From: Trypanosoma brucei
Taxonomy: Eukaryota
Length of the DNA: 64,000 nucleotides
Reading direction: 5' to 3'
Assembly: GCA_000002445.1 (NCBI GenBank)
Contig: CH464491.1
Location: 3,616,001 to 3,680,000 of the forward strand
In this document: in pieces, positions 1-10,470 of the stretch
Position numbering within the stretch: position 1 is the stretch's first letter
How the letters are laid out: each line of letters opens with the position of its first letter
Program-made: the position numbers and the translations under genes
The notes under the pieces: generated by a model
Seen by the model: the letters and a program-made list of their open reading frames with translations, nothing else
Told to the model about the DNA's origin: nothing
Databases searched by the model: none

Positions 1-285
1 AGAATAAAGCCCTTTGGCTAAACTTTGTGGGGTTAGGATTTTTGGTGGATGCTTATCTAATGTGGATAGGGATGATGGACGGATTGGTGGGATAGTTATA
101 TTATTATAATACATGTATTTTTTTTTTTTTTACCGAATCGACGATGATTTAGCCCTTGACAGCCCTCTTCTCAGTGTTGTTACCTTGGTTACCGCCCACT
201 CTGCTATCAGAAGGGCAGGTTGCGCAACAACTTTTCTTTTCTTGATGTTCCGCGGATAGGCGCTGTCATAGGCAGATACTAACCA

Positions 286-612
286 ATGGATTCTGAAGTC
301 TGCGATGACGAAACCAACAACTGGAGGGCATGTGTTGAAGACAATCTTAGTGCTCCCGATTTGGATAGAAAGTGTAGCAAATATATCGATTCATTTAACA
401 GGTGTATTGCCTCGTGGCGCACAAAGGTTGGCTATGACGTGAAGGTAAGGGGCGAAAATGAAGGTGAGCCTCCACCGCAGTGTGCTGCGATGTCTTGTCT
501 CATCGGTGCTTGTCTTCGGAAGAATGGGTACAGCTTTGAGCGATGTAAGCTTCCCATGCATTACTTTAAACATTGCGTGAAGAGCTTCTATGGCTCCGAA
601 TACGTCACGTAG
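286..612 (+). CDS. Small twin Cx9C (CHCH-fold) protein, probably mitochondrial intermembrane space
   Basis: 108 aa. Two Cys-x9-Cys pairs are visible: CSKYIDSFNRC and CKLPMHYFKHC, plus a further C-x10-C. This is the hallmark of twin Cx9C proteins imported through the Mia40 pathway. It is the first gene in the + strand array. Confidence 0.55.
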   Translation: MDSEVCDDETNNWRACVEDNLSAPDLDRKCSKYIDSFNRCIASWRTKVGYDVKVRGENEGEPPPQCAAMSCLIGACLRKNGYSFERCKLPMHYFKHCVKSFYGSEYVT

Positions 613-836
613 GCATTCCCCTGTTTCAATTTGAAGGGATATTGAGGTCGAATTTACTTCGCTACTTGGTAGTACTTTGTTTTCGAAAGATTACTTGTTT
701 CCCTACGCCTCTTATCTTCGATCGCACGTTTCTCACGCGCGTGGTGCCCGTCCGTTTTTTCGGTGGCCGCTCTTGATAGTAATTATCTAGACGATGAAAA
801 TACTTGCGCTTTTCTTCCTAAGAGTTTCCCAAGGGA

Positions 837-2507
837 ATGGATATATTTAGTGCTCTTTCCACGGGAGCCAAATTTGAGCCCAAGAAACATGGAACTGCCA
901 TAAAGCGCTTCCGGCAGGCAAGTGGCAACAGGGAACAAACGGGGGCCCTGAATCTTGTGAGCCTTTCTCGAGGTAGCGTAGAGCTCCCAACGCCCAGCCA
1001 TACCCTCGAAATATTTGGTGTGCCAAAGAGGATGAGGTGCCAGGAAACTTCCGCCGAGGGGGACGAGGAGTCCAGAGGACGGTGTGACACAGATACTTCC
1101 AGTGCTGCAACTGGTCACAAACCTCTTAAAAACATGTCCGTGAAGAGGAGACGTAACATTTGGAGAAAGAATGAACTGGATGTCACAGGTATGGACGTAC
1201 CGCAGCCTATTGAACACTTCTCCCAACTCCTCAGGCCCCCACTTTCGCTTGATGAGTGTCTCATCTCCAATCTCTTTGAGCGGAACCACCGTATCCCGAC
1301 TCCAATACAGATGCAGACTATTCCTTGCTTGGTTCAGGGGAGGGATGTGCTAGCGTGCGCCCCCACAGGGTCCGGCAAAACAGTTGCCTTTCTTATCCCC
1401 ATGTTTGCTCGTTTGGGGAAGCCTGATAGGGATGCCGGGGTGCGTGCGTTGATAATTACCCCCACAATGGAACTGGCAGAGCAAATCGAGCGAGAGGCGT
1501 TTTTTCTCCTCAAAGGGAAAAGGTGGAAGTTGGTCCAACACGGGCAGACAACTCGAAACAAGGACATATTCATTACCACGCCTGGACGGGTGTCGACGTT
1601 ACTAGAGAGGAAGTTAGTTGATCTTAGTAACATTCAGTATCTCGTTTTTGACGAAGGAGATCGCCTGTGGGACTCTTCGACTGACAATCTCAGGGTGATG
1701 GATATTGTCCTTACGGCGTGCACTTATAAGGAGAAGGTTGTTGCTTTGTTTACAGCCACATTAAGTGAAAAAATTGAAGCAGCTGCACGATCTGTGATGG
1801 GTCCCGATCCTGTTCGGATCATCGTTTCTGGTCGTGCGAAGGCGAACAAGAATGTGAAGCAGGAACTTGTGTTCTGTGGTAATGAGCTTGGGAAGGTTGT
1901 GGCGATACGTAACATTGTGCGTGAGGGTGTGACACCACCTGTGCTTATCTTCGTTCAGAGCATCGAGCGAACAAAGGAGCTTCATGAAGAGATACAATGC
2001 CAGGGGCTTCGTATTGCCATTATGAATGCGAAGATGACACATGAGGAACGAGACGAAACTATGATGAATTTCCGGCTTGGAAAAATATGGGTACTCGTGA
2101 CTACTGAGCTTCTTTCACGGGGCATAGACTTCAAGAACGTTGGCACGGTTATAAATTTTGATATACCGACGACGGTGGAGTCCTACATCCACCGCGTTGG
2201 GAGGTGTGGAAGGGCTGGGAAGACAGGTAAGGCCATAACATTTTTTACTGAGGACGACAAACATCGTATCCCCCCTATCGCCCGTGTGATGAAAGAATCT
2301 GGGAGCCCCATCGAGGATTGGATGTTGGAAATAAAGACTCACCGTAGTGTCCGCCGCCGACTTCAGCGCACTACACCGCATCGGATGATAGTCAGTACAA
2401 GAAAGAGGATGCTCGTTGCGGATCAGCGAATGAAGCGGCAACTTCGGCGACTAGAGTACGAAAATGCACAAAAGGCTGAAGGCCAAGGCGTGGAAGAGGT
2501 GCAGTAG
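837..2507 (+). CDS. DEAD-box family ATP-dependent RNA helicase (DEGD variant; ROK1/DDX52-like)
   Basis: 556 aa. Motif I is APTGSGKT, Ia is PTMELAEQ, Ib is TPGR, motif II reads DEGD in place of DEAD, and motif VI is HRVGRCGRAG. A PTPIQ Q-motif lies upstream. The N- and C-terminal extensions are basic. Confidence 0.85.
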   Translation: MDIFSALSTGAKFEPKKHGTAIKRFRQASGNREQTGALNLVSLSRGSVELPTPSHTLEIFGVPKRMRCQETSAEGDEESRGRCDTDTSSAATGHKPLKNMSVKRRRNIWRKNELDVTGMDVPQPIEHFSQLLRPPLSLDECLISNLFERNHRIPTPIQMQTIPCLVQGRDVLACAPTGSGKTVAFLIPMFARLGKPDRDAGVRALIITPTMELAEQIEREAFFLLKGKRWKLVQHGQTTRNKDIFITTPGRVSTLLERKLVDLSNIQYLVFDEGDRLWDSSTDNLRVMDIVLTACTYKEKVVALFTATLSEKIEAAARSVMGPDPVRIIVSGRAKANKNVKQELVFCGNELGKVVAIRNIVREGVTPPVLIFVQSIERTKELHEEIQCQGLRIAIMNAKMTHEERDETMMNFRLGKIWVLVTTELLSRGIDFKNVGTVINFDIPTTVESYIHRVGRCGRAGKTGKAITFFTEDDKHRIPPIARVMKESGSPIEDWMLEIKTHRSVRRRLQRTTPHRMIVSTRKRMLVADQRMKRQLRRLEYENAQKAEGQGVEEVQ

Positions 2508-3419
2508 GACGAGGTTGTACGGTCTGGGAACTAACCATGTACTAATTAATAGTAAACGCAGCGCTTTCGAACAACATAACCTGTATCGGCCGCGTAGTCT
2601 CATTGCCCTTGCCTCTTTTCAACCCATTGATTAAAAAGGTCTGTGGCGGCGCCCGTGACCCCGTTGCAGTAGGATTACATCGGCAACACACTGTGTAGTA
2701 AGACATTTAATAATGTTTTAAAACAAATACGTGACGATAAATGGTGCTGAAGTGCGTTGCGTGCACCTGTTACCAAGAGGGTGAAGTGTGAGTACGTGAG
2801 GCTAGTGGGTGAGCCTAAACTCTTCCAATGTGTTGTTTTTAAAGATGAATTCATCGTCACATTTGCATTTCCTAACTTTTTTCTTTCTGGTTGAGCAAGG
2901 AGCCGAAGAAAGTGAGTTAGAAAGGAGTAGAGATGCATCTTTTTTTTTATTATTATTTTGTATTAGGATGCGGGAGTGTTCTCTCGGATGTGCGCGTGTG
3001 TGCCACAGCCGTCTCCGTTGTTGGCAACCAGGGGGAAAACCAGGGGGCCCATGCGCATTCGTCAGAAGTTCATTTCACATCCCGCGGGTAGCTGAAGGCT
3101 GTCAGGAAAAGCATGGCCAGGTACCCCCAACCCAATCGTGATTATGATGAGTGTGTGTGTGTTCACTTACCGGTGCTCTGGCATATTACGGGAGACGATT
3201 GATGTGCCCCTCACTCGGCAGGTGTTAGGGGGTGCGTTTGAAACAATCCAACAAGCCTGAGGTTCTCTTATTTCCAAAACCACGTGAGTTAAACCTACTC
3301 GGTTTGCTACCCGTTTCCATCCGATGAGCAAAGGGGCAGCGCATCAAATTTTCTTTGATTTGGTTACCATAAATAGCTGTTCTTCCGTTTTTTCTCGAAA
3401 AAAAAATGAAGCGTAACTG

Positions 3420-4592
3420 GTGAAGAAGGTATTAGTGATGGATTTAGGGGAAGATTCGACACTGCTCGCTGTGGCCCTGGATGGTGAGGACAAATATTGG
3501 CTTTGCCAACCCGTAACCGGTAAAAGACTTGGTCCTGAATGGAAGTTTTGTACTTGTTACTGGCTTTATCTTTTGGGGGACAACGAAGACCATGGAGACA
3601 AACCATGGTATAGAGAAGACTTGGGCGATATACTTGAAATCGGCTACAACGAGACCTCAAGAATTGGAAGGTACTCGGTCATCGATGATGCAGTGAAAGC
3701 AAAGAAATTCGTTGTGGAGGAAGGTGGTGTATCTAGAACCTTCTTCTTCATTGGCAACGACGAGCGTGAGGCCCTAGACGCCAAGTTTGAAGATCTTCTC
3801 AAACGCGAGGCGGCGCTTGCATCACACAAACCAGATGACGATGGTGATAAAGTGCAATCAAGTGTGAAGGCGAGCAAAGCCACCGCGGCAGAATACCCAA
3901 CCGTTAACTCCGACTCTGGACCCGGTAATGGTAAGCAAGTGGGTAACGAGGAAGTTTTTGCATGGCGAGAGCGGTACATTGTTGAACACGGGAACCGCAT
4001 TTTTTTCGTGTGCCCTGATGTTGATGGCAATAGCAGTGGGTTCAGAGTGGAGCGAATTGTGCGCAACGGCATGACGATTTTCTTGCTCTTCCACGATGAA
4101 GCTTCCCTTCCGTGTAGGGTAAGTGAATCGCATATTGGGGAGAAAGTTATCCATACTTCCATAATGAAAAACAGTGAGGGTAAAGTACTCATCATGAGCA
4201 CCCGGAAGCCTAATGAACCTATGTCAAAGAAAAAGGAGCGTGTCGAAACTCCTCCCCCCGAACCCCCACTCAAGGTTCAGAAAAAGGAATCTGTGAAAAC
4301 CACTGCTTCACACGATACCCCACTTAAGGCGATCGGAGTGAATATGTGGGTCGATTTTAAGGGGAAGGTGGAGGGCGTAACAGGTTTGGTGAATTCATTC
4401 CCCTTTTCAGGGGAGGTTGGAAACAAGATGCGTACGAGTGTTTTTCCTGGTGGCGTTTGTGTTACTTACGATTCTTCTATCGCGGCGAAGTTCGCGTTGA
4501 AGAAAAAGGCCGTTTCTTCTCCTACGGACAACGACATGGTTGGTTTGCTGGAAAATATACAACTGGCTAAGGAGCAGTTCAGTACTATTTAA
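3420..4592 (+). CDS. Hypothetical protein (no recognisable domain)
   Basis: 390 aa uninterrupted ORF in the same orientation as its neighbours. A Lys/Pro-rich linker (KKKERVETPPPEPPLKVQKK) is present. No family motif was recognised, and the start codon is uncertain (MKKVL or the downstream MDLGEDS). Confidence 0.45.
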   Translation: MKKVLVMDLGEDSTLLAVALDGEDKYWLCQPVTGKRLGPEWKFCTCYWLYLLGDNEDHGDKPWYREDLGDILEIGYNETSRIGRYSVIDDAVKAKKFVVEEGGVSRTFFFIGNDEREALDAKFEDLLKREAALASHKPDDDGDKVQSSVKASKATAAEYPTVNSDSGPGNGKQVGNEEVFAWRERYIVEHGNRIFFVCPDVDGNSSGFRVERIVRNGMTIFLLFHDEASLPCRVSESHIGEKVIHTSIMKNSEGKVLIMSTRKPNEPMSKKKERVETPPPEPPLKVQKKESVKTTASHDTPLKAIGVNMWVDFKGKVEGVTGLVNSFPFSGEVGNKMRTSVFPGGVCVTYDSSIAAKFALKKKAVSSPTDNDMVGLLENIQLAKEQFSTI

Positions 4593-4815
4593 TGCAGGTG
4601 AGGAAACAAATGGACGAAGCTTCTGCGGTTCATGATTGCTGGCCAGCAGGGGGCCCCACTGTGTTCGGTGCGATCCATTTTTTTTTCTGCTGATTTGTGT
4701 TTTCGTTTCTTTTTGTGGCGGGGGGAAGAAGTGAGTGGGGGAGGGCTGCGTATGTTTCTACCTTTTCTTATGTCCTCATTACCTTCTCCTGCAGCGACTA
4801 GCATCGAGGGGAAAC

Positions 4816-5757
4816 ATGTGGCGCTTTCGAGCGGTGTCGGCAATTGCTCCACGTGGTTGTTTCAGGTGCGTGTTTCAGAGCAAAGCCTTCGCTGCTGCCA
4901 GCAAAACCCTCCCTTGTACTCCAGAAGGGAAAAACCCGTATGATGTTCTTGAAGTCACTGTTACTAATTCTACGACACTGAACGACATATCGAAGCAGTT
5001 TAGAGAGCTTGTGGTCAGAAACCATCCCGACCAGCCTTGTGGGTCACACGAAAAGATGTCTGAGCTTAACGCAGCGTACAAAATTGTGAAGGAGCACCAC
5101 GAGGGCGTCCTCCGACGCTTGAAGGAGTACGAGGCTGACACTAAGGGGAATGAGGCCTTCCAGCAGCACAGGCGGTCGCGGGCTCAGGATGATAGGGATT
5201 TAGGTCGGACCGGTGGTGTATTCCGCAGGAACGCCAGGGCGGCGGAGCAAGCTTCTGCTTCTAAGAAGGCTCGTTCCTTACAGGAAATCACATCGTCGTG
5301 GAGCCGTTACAGGGAGGACACTGAGCATGCTGTTACCAGTATGTGCAATCGGTACGAGCTAGCCGTGGAAAAGGGATGCTTTTTTCGGAAGACGTCGATG
5401 CTTAACGAAATAACTGTGCGGGAAAGATGGCTACGGAAGAGTTACATCAAGGCGGTATGGGAGGAAGTTCACGAGCTACGAGGGGAATTGCTTCGTCGAG
5501 GGGCACGGAGTTCCCAGCAGTCTCAACTTGCGGAGGAGATGGTGTCCTTCGCGTCAGCAACTCAGAGGAAGTTGAATGAAGACTTTCAGCGGCTCACTCA
5601 GTTGAGTGTACAGTCACAAACCCGTCTGTTTCTTCAGAGAATATTAGTTGCGTTAGTCACGGTGGTTGTGTTTATTAAGTTGTGGCAGAGTTTGTTGTCA
5701 GGCATGTTCAGGAATTCCTTGACTGTGCGGTTTCGACAAGGGATTTTGAGCCATTAA
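4816..5757 (+). CDS. J-domain (DnaJ-like) protein with N-terminal presequence-like segment and C-terminal TM helix
   Basis: The J domain reads YDVLEV...KQFRELVVRNHPDQ...LNAAYKIV, with the HPD tripeptide. I chose the internal Met MWRFRAVSAIAPRG as the start because it looks like an amphipathic presequence; the ORF-track start at 4735 is probably 5' UTR. A hydrophobic C-terminus (LVALVTVVVFIKLW) is present. Confidence 0.65.
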   Translation: MWRFRAVSAIAPRGCFRCVFQSKAFAAASKTLPCTPEGKNPYDVLEVTVTNSTTLNDISKQFRELVVRNHPDQPCGSHEKMSELNAAYKIVKEHHEGVLRRLKEYEADTKGNEAFQQHRRSRAQDDRDLGRTGGVFRRNARAAEQASASKKARSLQEITSSWSRYREDTEHAVTSMCNRYELAVEKGCFFRKTSMLNEITVRERWLRKSYIKAVWEEVHELRGELLRRGARSSQQSQLAEEMVSFASATQRKLNEDFQRLTQLSVQSQTRLFLQRILVALVTVVVFIKLWQSLLSGMFRNSLTVRFRQGILSH

Positions 5758-5939
5758 GCGCCGCTGCTTACCGTGTGTGCTGGACAAACGGCCTCACTAT
5801 CGGATTCATGGTGATGTTTTAACCCTGCACTTCAAAAAGCCTATCAACTCTTTAGTAGTTGTCGTTGTGTATCGGACCCGATTTGGTCAGTTTGCCGCTG
5901 TTGTTGTAATACTTTTTCCGCTTCTGCCTTCGCCAGTCG

Positions 5940-8102
5940 ATGTCCTATTTGCCTTTCCTTGCTTATTTTTCTTTTCCCCGCCATTCTAGGGTCAGGGTCA
6001 CACGGCACATTTGTATGTCCTTTATCGGCCGCCGTTCGCCCATGGGAAGCTTGGACCGGGCTGCACAAACGGCCATGGCAATCGAGCTGGGCGCTTCCTT
6101 TGATCCCTTTGACGGAGTTGGAGCCAACGAAGTTGGACAGGTGCGACTGCGGTGGTGGGCGGATCATGTGGAACAGGAGCTCGACGCAAACCGTAGTCCA
6201 TTTGTCGCGGCGGAGATATTACTTAAACAGATGAATGAGTATGGAAATTCTTCTGATGAGTTGGAGGAACTTCTCCTAGCAACAATCCTTCCGGTACTCA
6301 GTCGCTGCACTTCTTACTTGGGAACCTACGGTGACGTATTTAATAAGGCTCTAAATGAGGTCATTCCCGCCATCATGTTTACGAGGACGCTAGCAACAAG
6401 TCACGGTGAGGTCCTCCAGCGGAGGTCATACGCCGAATGTTTCGCCTCTATTCTATGCAAATTTCAGTACCACGTGAAGCTGTCTTATTCTCTAAACCGA
6501 CGCGCCACGTTGGAGGACAGTGTGATGACCCGCGTCGTTCGGAGGCTTGACAACTTATGGATGAGGATGTGTTTCAGAGCGTGGAGGGCGCTGCGGAATA
6601 GCGTGGCTACGACCAAACGAAGCTTCCAGCGTTTGGCGAATAGAGGTGCTGCTTTGACTGTCGTGCCTGGACATATCCGGATGTGGCGCCGTCACGCCCA
6701 CTACGTGACACTAAAGGAGAAGTTATCCAAACACACTGCCCTAAACCAAGAGCTGGACAATTTGTATGCTGCCGAGCAGGCGGCCAAGAGTAGCCATGAA
6801 AGTATCATCCAGGAAGTTGAGGAAAAGAATAGGCTCATTAGTTTGACTACAGAGCGTTGCATGGAGGCGGAAGCCCGATTGGGTGAGCTTCAAAGTTTGA
6901 TGGAGGAGACAACTTCATCTCTGGAGGGTCATTGGAAGCAATGGAAAATAGCCATCAACTGTCTGTTTGGTGACGGCCGCGACAGCCTACCACCTGTGCA
7001 TGGAAATCTTCGCTCTGATCTTCAATCTATTGCGCAGAACATAACTGACACTGCTTTGCTTTTCCTGAAAGAGGCGAAAAAGCGCAAATGGAAGATGGAA
7101 AAAAGTACAATTGCCCAATACGTGAACCAAATGGGATTAGAGAAATGTGAAAACCAACAAACGGGACTTGATGACATTATTTCCACCCTCAGCCGTGTGT
7201 GTAAGCCAGTCATGCCGCCATTGCGCCTTCTTGACTTGATACGTGAAGATCAAGAGAAGTACGATCTAACTATTAAGTTTTTGTCGTGCGTGAACGGTGG
7301 TGGGCATTGTTCCCTTTTCATGAATGGCCACACGCTCGATGATGATGAGTTAAGTGTGGAAGGCGTACGGGACTTTGGAGTAAAGATGGTTTCACATGTC
7401 ACGGAGGGCGTAGGTAGTTTTCAGGTATGCCCTGATGCCAACGAGGATTATTTAAAGGCAATTCAAACCTGCTTAGCAGCAGATGAGCTTACCAAGGTGC
7501 ACGATTACCTGAGTAGAGTTTTCTTTGCCCTAGCGACGGGTGGTTTGCCTCTCAACAGGGAGAAAATTGAAAGGTGCATTGATAACCTTGTTGAGCCCCA
7601 TCACCGTCAGGTTGTGCATGCATTATATCCCTCGCAAGGAATAAAGAATTTTGCCGATTTAAGAAGTTACCTAACAAGGGTATCCAACTTTTGTCTATGT
7701 ACAATCACAACGTTGGTTGAATGCATTGAGAATCACTACGACGCAGATCCGAAGGAGGACCTTTTCTCTGTGCTGTTTGAGGAGGATGTTGTTACGTTCT
7801 TTGAGGAGCACGAAAAAGACATTCACAGGCTATTTGGGATGTTTAGAGACAAGAGGTTCCCTATGCTTCTGTCAAAAAGCCTCATCAAGCCGTTTTTGGT
7901 TGAGAAGTTTAATCTACTAGATAGTGAAGTTGATACTTTATTCCAACTCGGTGCCACTCCGGAGAAAATTACGAGGGATGAGTTCAAGAATTTCTTGACT
8001 GTACTTGCCGCGTTTTACACACCTTCTCCTTTTGTCCCACCGGTGAAGAAACTAGCAAGTGTGATAATGCAGTGCTCAGTTTCCTCAAAAGACGAGGCGT
8101 AG
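5940..8102 (+). CDS. Hypothetical large coiled-coil protein
   Basis: 720 aa ORF with a central heptad-like segment (LNQELDNLYAAEQAAKSSHESIIQEVEEKNRLISLTTERCMEAEARLGELQSLMEE). Basic IQ-like stretches (RMCFRAWRALRN, IRMWRRHAHYV) are also visible. The true start is probably an internal Met such as MSFIGRR or MGSLD. Confidence 0.5.
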   Translation: MSYLPFLAYFSFPRHSRVRVTRHICMSFIGRRSPMGSLDRAAQTAMAIELGASFDPFDGVGANEVGQVRLRWWADHVEQELDANRSPFVAAEILLKQMNEYGNSSDELEELLLATILPVLSRCTSYLGTYGDVFNKALNEVIPAIMFTRTLATSHGEVLQRRSYAECFASILCKFQYHVKLSYSLNRRATLEDSVMTRVVRRLDNLWMRMCFRAWRALRNSVATTKRSFQRLANRGAALTVVPGHIRMWRRHAHYVTLKEKLSKHTALNQELDNLYAAEQAAKSSHESIIQEVEEKNRLISLTTERCMEAEARLGELQSLMEETTSSLEGHWKQWKIAINCLFGDGRDSLPPVHGNLRSDLQSIAQNITDTALLFLKEAKKRKWKMEKSTIAQYVNQMGLEKCENQQTGLDDIISTLSRVCKPVMPPLRLLDLIREDQEKYDLTIKFLSCVNGGGHCSLFMNGHTLDDDELSVEGVRDFGVKMVSHVTEGVGSFQVCPDANEDYLKAIQTCLAADELTKVHDYLSRVFFALATGGLPLNREKIERCIDNLVEPHHRQVVHALYPSQGIKNFADLRSYLTRVSNFCLCTITTLVECIENHYDADPKEDLFSVLFEEDVVTFFEEHEKDIHRLFGMFRDKRFPMLLSKSLIKPFLVEKFNLLDSEVDTLFQLGATPEKITRDEFKNFLTVLAAFYTPSPFVPPVKKLASVIMQCSVSSKDEA

Positions 8103-8253
8103 CTTTTGTGTGCGATGTACTGTAGATATGAGCAAAAAACATATATATGCTTTGTGTAACTATTCATTTGTATGCACATATTGTGCCTGTTCACTTTAAG
8201 GAGCTTACTACTAGAAATACGTTCTGATTAACAAAACATTCTTTGGGATTAAT

Positions 8254-8332
8254 TTCTCCCCTCCACTTCCCTTCCCCTCCCTTTTGTTTTTGTTTTTGCT
8301 TTTGGATTTATTTTTAGCCTTCCTGGCTAGTG
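8254..8332 (+). promoter_or_regulatory. Polypyrimidine tract, candidate trans-splicing/polyadenylation-coupling signal upstream of the WD40 gene
   Basis: An almost pure C/T run (ctccacttcccttcccctcccttttgtttttgtttttgcttttgg) sits about 40-110 nt upstream of the ATG at 8372, followed by AG dinucleotides. This is the kinetoplastid arrangement. Confidence 0.5.
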
Positions 8333-8371
8333 AGAAAGCTGTGGGTGAGGGAGAGTGGTATGTGAAGCCAA

Positions 8372-9343
8372 ATGTACTCATGTAAGACGGCCCACACCAC
8401 ATTTGTGCACCACATGGCGGTCAACTCATCGGGCACGTTGCTTGCATCAGGTTCCAGCGACAAGGGAGTAAACGTATTTTATCGTCCTCCATCCGAAGTG
8501 GTAACAGGATCGTGGTCCCTTTGCTGTGTGTTGAAAGACCACGTTGCTACAGTCACCCGCGTCGCTTGGTGCCAGCATCGAGAGCACGGATCTATGCTTG
8601 CAACTGTTGGTGCCGATCGTTGGATATATGTCTACAAGATAAACGTCACAACTCAAGATGGAAAGGTAGTGGGTAATGCTGTGCGGTACTCACCAGTGCG
8701 GGGGTATGAAAAAGACGTTATTACGGATGTGGCGTTTGTCCCGCCTCGGCAGCACCAGGTGCTTCTTCTCTCCACCGCCTCTCTGGATGGCTGGGTGCGG
8801 CTGTACGACATACAGCCGCTGCAATTTCTTTGTAAGTACACGGTGACACAAGAGTCGGACATTTGTAGGCCTTTGGGAACCCGCAGTGGTGGCATCACAT
8901 CCACTGCATGGTTCCCCAGCTCAGTTGATGAAACGATGACTCTGGCGGTTGGTTGCATGAACGGGTGTTTTTACCTTTACAAGTTTTGTAAGGAAAGAAA
9001 CCAATTTAAGCGGGTGTATAACGCTCTTCCGCAACGCATAGAATCAACGATCCATCACATAGTTTGGGCTCCGCCCGTGGGAAGGTGCTTTCAGTTACTC
9101 TCTCTGTGCTGTCGCAGTTCGGTGTATATTGTTAGGTTGAACTGTGTGTCACCAAGTGTTGAGGATTACCAGTGCGAAGTGTTTGTTTGGCCACACGGGG
9201 CAGTCTGTACGGCGTGGAGCCATTCTGCGACGCTGTTGTATTTGATTGATGACGATAACCCGCCAAGGGTGACCGTTCTTCAAGCGAGGGACCTCACTGA
9301 TCACCAGTCGTGGGAAAAGTTGCTAAGTAAGCCAACCGAATAA
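8372..9343 (+). CDS. WD40-repeat protein, Sec13/Seh1-like
   Basis: The N-terminus HHMAVNSSGTLLASGSSDKGVNVF followed by LKDHVATVTRVAWCQ...MLATVGADRWIYVY follows the blade pattern of Sec13 (HDAQMDYYG.RLATCSSDRSVKIF ... GHEGPVWQVAWAHP). At 323 aa the size also fits Sec13. Confidence 0.55.
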   Translation: MYSCKTAHTTFVHHMAVNSSGTLLASGSSDKGVNVFYRPPSEVVTGSWSLCCVLKDHVATVTRVAWCQHREHGSMLATVGADRWIYVYKINVTTQDGKVVGNAVRYSPVRGYEKDVITDVAFVPPRQHQVLLLSTASLDGWVRLYDIQPLQFLCKYTVTQESDICRPLGTRSGGITSTAWFPSSVDETMTLAVGCMNGCFYLYKFCKERNQFKRVYNALPQRIESTIHHIVWAPPVGRCFQLLSLCCRSSVYIVRLNCVSPSVEDYQCEVFVWPHGAVCTAWSHSATLLYLIDDDNPPRVTVLQARDLTDHQSWEKLLSKPTE

Positions 9344-9672
9344 ATGAGGTCAGTAGAGGGGGGAGGAGATTCCGCGTACATACATAGGCGTGAGCCCCCC
9401 CTTTTTGTAGGCTACATATTGTAGGGACTTGAAAAGTTTTACTCCCTGAACTTTGTAGTTGACGGCAGTTGGCCCCGATGCGTCCAGTCGCGGTAAGGAC
9501 GGTGTGTCAATCATCTTTTTTGGTTGGTCCACTGCTCGTCCTGGGGTTGGAACCCGATATTCCCCTCGTTTGACCCCCAATCTTCTATGCCTCTTTCTCT
9601 CTTGGTTTCACTTCTGTGTCATCGCTTACTGTAGGAACCACTTCCTTCCTTCTTTGAAGCATCTAACACAAA

Positions 9673-10470
9673 ATGCATAACAGCAGGTCCACCATCGAGA
9701 TGGGCTTTTGCTCTGTTCATCGTCGCAAGCGAGCCAGAGCAGATTTAGTGCCACTGGATAATAACCCCGGGCATATGCGCTGTAAGAACCACAAGGAGTG
9801 CCGCCAGCGAACTGAGGTGGAATTGGTCTTATGCAGTGTGCACAATCGGCGCAGAAGCATCACGCAGATGAAGGAGGTGCGGAAGGGAGTATTCGAGTGC
9901 CTGCCCCAACATACTTGCCGTGGTCAGTTCAACGATTCTGGTATTCAGTCGCCAGCTCCACCTTCTTCCAACGCTAATGCGGTGGCCTCCTCATACGGTA
10001 TACCACAGAGAGGCAGTCGCCCCCAGCAGGGGCCAAGGGAGCATCATCCGGCACCGACGGTAAGCGTGGCGTGGGCGCCAACGTCCAGTCGTTCACGGCA
10101 TGACAACTTAGTGGGCTCGTCAGATTGGGCACAGGTTGACCGTAAGACATGGTGTGCGAGACATGGTAAATTAACATCGCAGTGTGAGCTGGTTAAGGAC
10201 TGCTGCTACGTTTGCTATGACGAGTCAACTTGCCTTTCGACTGCATTAGAGTTGGCGTCAGACCTTATGGCAAAGGGCTGCAAGGAGCTACTGTGTTCGA
10301 AACATAACTCATTGCGCCTTTTGGAATTTCTGGAGAGAACTCCCGATAAACTAGGGTACCAATGTGTTGCTGGTCATCGTTGCCGTGGAACGCTTGACAG
10401 TTGCCGGGAACCAGTCCCGGAGCGTGGAGCTCATCCCACAAGGGATGCCGTATCATCTTTCTTCATTTAA
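9673..10470 (+). CDS. Hypothetical Cys/His-rich protein
   Basis: 265 aa. It has an internal near-repeat, FCSVHRRKRA and LCSVHNRRRS, and a C-terminal Cys cluster (CELVKDCCYVCYDESTC). It may bind metal, but I recognised no family. Confidence 0.4.
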   Translation: MHNSRSTIEMGFCSVHRRKRARADLVPLDNNPGHMRCKNHKECRQRTEVELVLCSVHNRRRSITQMKEVRKGVFECLPQHTCRGQFNDSGIQSPAPPSSNANAVASSYGIPQRGSRPQQGPREHHPAPTVSVAWAPTSSRSRHDNLVGSSDWAQVDRKTWCARHGKLTSQCELVKDCCYVCYDESTCLSTALELASDLMAKGCKELLCSKHNSLRLLEFLERTPDKLGYQCVAGHRCRGTLDSCREPVPERGAHPTRDAVSSFFI

